64,000 nt of DNA from Rebecca billardiae RCC1528. Lineage: Eukaryota; Protista; Haptophyta. Under the pieces are notes generated by a model. It saw only the letters and a list, made by a program, of their open reading frames with translations, had not been told where the DNA came from and made no database searches. Shown here one piece after another: positions 59,920-64,000 of the stretch. The stretch spans positions 186,001 through 250,000 of the forward strand of contig OZ251253.1 of assembly GCA_965240325.2 (NCBI GenBank). Direction: 5' to 3'. The position numbers were made by a program, and so were the translations under genes. Position 1 is the first letter of the stretch. Every line of letters begins with the position of its first letter.

Positions 59920-60382
59920 ACGGCGACGGCGGCGAGCAGCCAGCCGACGCCGGGAATGACGACGCGACAGAGTTCGACGTCGGGTACGACGACGACGCAG
60001 ATGCGTCAACGTCGGGGCGCGGGCGCAGCAGCGTGGACGCGGGACAGCGCGGGTGCAGCAGCGCGGGCGCGGATGACGGCGACGGCGGCGAGCAGCCAGC
60101 CGACGCCGGGAATGACGACGCGACAGAGTTCGACGTCGGGTACGACGACGACGCAGATGCGTCAACGTCGGGGCGCGGGCGCAGCAGCGTGGACGCGGGA
60201 CAGCGCGGGTGCAGCAGCGCGGGCGCGGATGACGGCGACGGCGGCGAGCAGCCAGCCGACGCCGGGAATGACGACGCGACAGAGTTCGACGTCGGGTACG
60301 ACGACGACGCAGATGCGTCAACGTCGGGGCGCGGGCGCAGCAGCGTGGACGCGGGACAGCGCGGGTGCAGCAGCGCGGGCGC
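59920..60382 (+). repeat. 156-bp tandem triplication of the Copia INT-RT linker
   Basis: The 52-aa unit DDGDGGEQPADAG...GCSSAGA occurs three times, against once in the element at 1-3902. Confidence 0.93.
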
Positions 60383-62598
60383 ACAGCCGTCGACGCCGAC
60401 GCCGCAGGGCGGGCGTGGCGGGACAGGCGCGTCGATGACGCAGCCGGGTCGGCAGGGTCAGATACCGCCGGCGGAATCACGGCGCGGGGCCGCAGCAGAT
60501 GCTGGCGGGCCGCCGCGCGGCGCAGGACGATGACGGCGACGGCGGCGAGCCGCCGGCCGACGCCGGTGACGACGACGCGACGGAGTTCGACGTCGGGAAC
60601 GACGGCGACGCAGATGCGTCGGCGTCGGCGCGCGAGCGCGGCAGCGCGGGCGCGGAACAGCGCGCGGGCGCGGCAGCGCGGGCGCGGAACAGCGCGCGGG
60701 CGCAGCAGCGCGGGCGCGGAACAGCGCGCGAGCGCAGCAGCGCGGGCGCGGAGCGCGCAGACGCGGCAGCGCAGGCGCGGAACAGCGCACGGGCGCGGCA
60801 GCGCAGGCGCGGAACAGCGCGCGGGCGCAGCAGCGCGTGCGCACAGCCGTCGACGCCGACGCCGCAGGGCGGGCGTGGCGGAGCAGGCGCGTCAGTGACA
60901 CAGCCTGGGTCGGCAGGGTCGGATCCCGCCGACGGAATACCGGCGCGGGGCCGCAGCAGATGCTGGCGGGCCGCCGCGTAGCACAGGTGCGCGGGCGCAG
61001 CAGCGCGGGCGCGGGTCAGCGCGGGCGCAGCAGCGCGGGCGCACGGGCGCACAGCCGCCGATGCAGCAGGCCGGCGATCGGGGCGGTGCGGGCGCGCCAT
61101 GGGCGCAGTCGCACTGGTGGTATGAGATACCACCGGCGCAACTTTGGCGCGGGACCGCCGCGCAGATGCGGGCGGGTTGCCGCGGGTCGCAGAGGCGATC
61201 GATGGCGGGCTCGAGCGATTCGGCACGAACGCGAGCACGCGGATACGGCTGCCAGAGGCAGCGGCGCGCGCGAGGCTGACCGACGCGGACAAGGCGTTGG
61301 TCCAGCGCGCGGAGATTGACGAGCTCGACGACTTGCTCACTTTGGGTGACTCTGTTTGGTCTAACAACCCAGGGGAATCCGGGTGGAGGTCGACGGGTGG
61401 CTGCATCATTGTCTTCTACAATGGATCGCCGGTGTCGTGGCACAGCAGCGGGCTGCAGGTTATGGCCCAGCTGAGCTCGACGGAGGCGGAGTACGTGGCG
61501 TGAGGTCAATGTACCACGCCGACATCATGACGAAGGCGACGGACGACGCTGCTACGTTTGAGTGGCACGTCGACGCCATCATGGTGTGCGACACCCGACG
61601 CGCGCGCGATGAGCGGCGCTACTCGCTCGCGGCTATGGCTGTCGAGGGGGGGTGTTGAGCTGACGAGGCCAGGGGCGCGCATCTCAGCAGATGGCGTCGC
61701 CGGCGGTGAGTCAGGGCCGGTGCTGCAGCAGGCAGACCGGCGGCGCAGCTGCTGCAGAGCAGCAGTGCGGATGAACTGGCACAGTCTGGGGCACGCATCT
61801 CAGCAGATGGCGTTGCCGCTGGGGTGTCAGGGCTGGCGCCGCATCAGGCGGGCCGGCAGCAGCAGCTGCTGCGGAGCAGTGGCTGGCAGCGCGCGCGTCC
61901 AGGACGCGCGCGGCAGCAGACGCGCGAGCGCGGAGCAGCGCGGGCGCAGCGGCGCGGGCGCGGAGCAGCGCGGGCGCAGCGGCGCGGGAGCGCGGAGCAG
62001 CGCGGGGCGCGCGGAGCAGCGCGGGCAGCGCGGAGCAGCGCGGAGCAGCGCGGAGCAGCGCGGAGCGCGCGGAGCAGCGCGGAGCAGCGCGGAGCAGCGC
62101 GGAGCAGCGCGGAGCAGCGCGGAGCAGCGCGGAGCAGCGCGGAGCAGCGCGGAGCGCGCGGAGCAGCGCGGAGCAGCGCGGAGCAGCGCGGAGCAGCGCG
62201 GAGCAGCGCGGAGCAGCGCGGAGCAGCGCGGGCGTCATGCTGGTACACTGGATTTGTCCAAGGAAAGCAGGTGAGCAGCACCGGACATGGACGAGAAGCA
62301 GTGGTACAAAGTTGAGCGGCAACAGGACGGCGGACGGTGCGATCGCCGATTGGCTGATCGCGGCAAAATCTGGGTAAGTCGGCACGGCGATGATACTACC
62401 GCCCCGAGCCCAGGAGCGATCGGAGCTCGATCGCTGTTTTGGCCCGGCGCAAGAGCGCCGGAAATAAGGGCCAGGTTCAGAGGCTTGAGAGCTGATGAGA
62501 TCGCGAGGCATGTGATCCTCGCGGTGGCGTCCGTCCTGTCGTGCGCGGTGAGCTTTTAGCAGGGCTCGAGACGCTCGGAGCTTGCGGTAATCCCAATA

Positions 62599-63140
62599 TA
62601 TGGTACTGCATGATATGGTATTGCATGATGGTACTGTATGGTATAGTGGTTCTGCTGTGCGCATGGTACGTACGGTGACCTTATGGTGCTGCAGTGCACG
62701 CACAAGTGGTATGGTCACTGCACGGTACTGTATGGTATGTACATGGTAATGCTGTGCGCATGGTACCGGTATGGTGCTGCCGCGCGCATGGTATGGTACT
62801 GCATGGTACTGTATGGTATGGTACTGCTGTGCGCATGGCAGTAGTATGGTACTGCATCATGGCATGGTACTGCTGTGCGCATGGTATGGTACCGTGGCAT
62901 CATGGTATGGTACTGCTGTGCGCATGGTACTTGGTACTGCATGGTATGGTACTGCATGATGGTACTATGTTGGATGGCGTTAATCACACCTTAACCAAGT
63001 GTGCACGTTAAATCATAGTAAACTGTATCATGGTATGCAGGTACTGCGTCTGCTGCGCGCATGGTATGGTACTGCTGTGCGCATGGTATGGTGCTGCATG
63101 GTATGGTATGGTACTGCATCGTATGGTACTGCGCGCATGC
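62599..63140. repeat. ATGGT/ACTGC satellite, right part
   Basis: Continues the array at 56925-57440. Confidence 0.93.
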
Positions 63141-63240
63141 ACATCGATCATGCGATGTACCGAGCTGACAGCATGATGCGCATCATGCGACGATTGTCGT
63201 GTACCGAGCTGACCGAGCATGATGTGAGCTCATGGCAGTC

Positions 63241-63368
63241 AGCACCACCACCATCTGCTACTACTGTCCTACCACTACAACGCCAGTCTACCGCCATCAA
63301 GCTTTTCCGACCACCACCACCTACTACTTCCACCGCCGCCACCACCGCCACCACCATCACCACCACAA
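63241..63368. repeat. Imperfect (CCA/CTA)n trinucleotide tract
   Basis: Seen directly. Confidence 0.8.
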
Positions 63369-63895
63369 CGCCTGAAGGAGGAAGCAGCCCGACACTAGGC
63401 TTGAAGGCCCGCACGCACGCGTGCGGTGCGCGCGGCTGCGGTTGGCGCTTGGATCAGTCGGGCGGCAGGGGCGAGATTGACGTACGATGCAGCAGCTTCT
63501 GAAGCTGCTGCTTCCTCCTTCCGTCGAGCTGCTGTCTGAAGGAGGAAGCAGCACTGCGCGAAGCAGCCTCAGGCAGCAAACACTAATAAGCGTTTCACAG
63601 AAACGCGCGCGCGGGGCGAGGAGCGGCGGTCGCGGCGCGGGGCTCGGAAGGACAGCCGGGGCGGAATTCACGTATGAGGGGCACTCGTCACTATGCCGCA
63701 TGCGCATCGGCACTAACCACGCGCCGCCTCCACTGGGGTGTCCGCGGTCGCAGGAGCGTGCGCCTCGCGAAAGCAGGCGCCGCGTCAACGCGGCGGCACA
63801 GGTCCGGAACGTGCCGGTTCCGGTCCGTTGAGCAGGTAGAGAGTGCACGCTATGCGAGTAATGAGTTGCTCATCCGTGCACCACTCGGCAAATAA

Positions 63896-64000
63896 AACTC
63901 TGCCCTGGCGGGCGGGGGGGTCGGCGGGCCGTGCCAGTGCTGTCGCAATATTTCCCCAGCGGATCGGCTAGTGGCTGGCCCTCTGCCCACACTGGGGCGC
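63896..64000 (-). mobile_element. 3' end of another F-family element
   Basis: About 55 bp (AACTCTGCCCTGGCGGGCGGGGGGGTCGGCGGGCCGTGCCAGTGCTGTCGCAAT) match the F 3' terminus, then the sequence diverges. Confidence 0.8.

Larger units (their letters stand above)
57441..62598 (+). mobile_element. Non-autonomous, internally deleted Copia derivative with 946-bp LTRs (57441-58386, 61653-62598)
   Basis: Nearly identical LTRs TGTTG...CCCAATA, TSD TATGG, and a PPT before the 3' LTR. Internal fragments are near-identical to the pol linker at 870-1345, plus decayed RT/RNase H remnants (DSVWSNNP..RSTGG, LSSTEAEYVA, DIMTKATD). Confidence 0.95.

Overview
A very GC-rich eukaryotic genomic window with short GT(GCGC)...(GCGC)AG introns. 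The style suggests an alga such as a haptophyte, which is inference only. It has three parts. (1) Positions 1-27.3 kb hold the 3' part of an intact Ty1/Copia element, followed by a compact gene block: a nucleotide-sugar transporter, an EsV-1-7 repeat protein, KIN17, a SPICE1-like gene, a large coiled-coil gene, a GT92-like gene and a secreted/membrane protein. (2) Positions 27.3-51.8 kb are a nest of at least six non-autonomous DNA elements (labelled A-G below), mostly foldback/palindromic. Swapped target-site duplications show that about 16 kb (29473-45562) is inverted between two opposite-facing copies of foldback B, unless this is a mis-join. The inverted block carries an ARF GTPase gene, three TSD-less rolling-circle-like elements, and an LRR gene built from tandem exon-intron cassettes. 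Each cassette encodes one LRR, and variation is concentrated at predicted surface-exposed residues, making it a candidate exon-shuffling recognition system. (3) Positions 52-64 kb hold a TauE-family gene, microsatellites, and a recent deleted Copia derivative with TG...TA LTRs inserted in an ATGGT/ACTGC satellite. All calls were made by eye; no searches were run.
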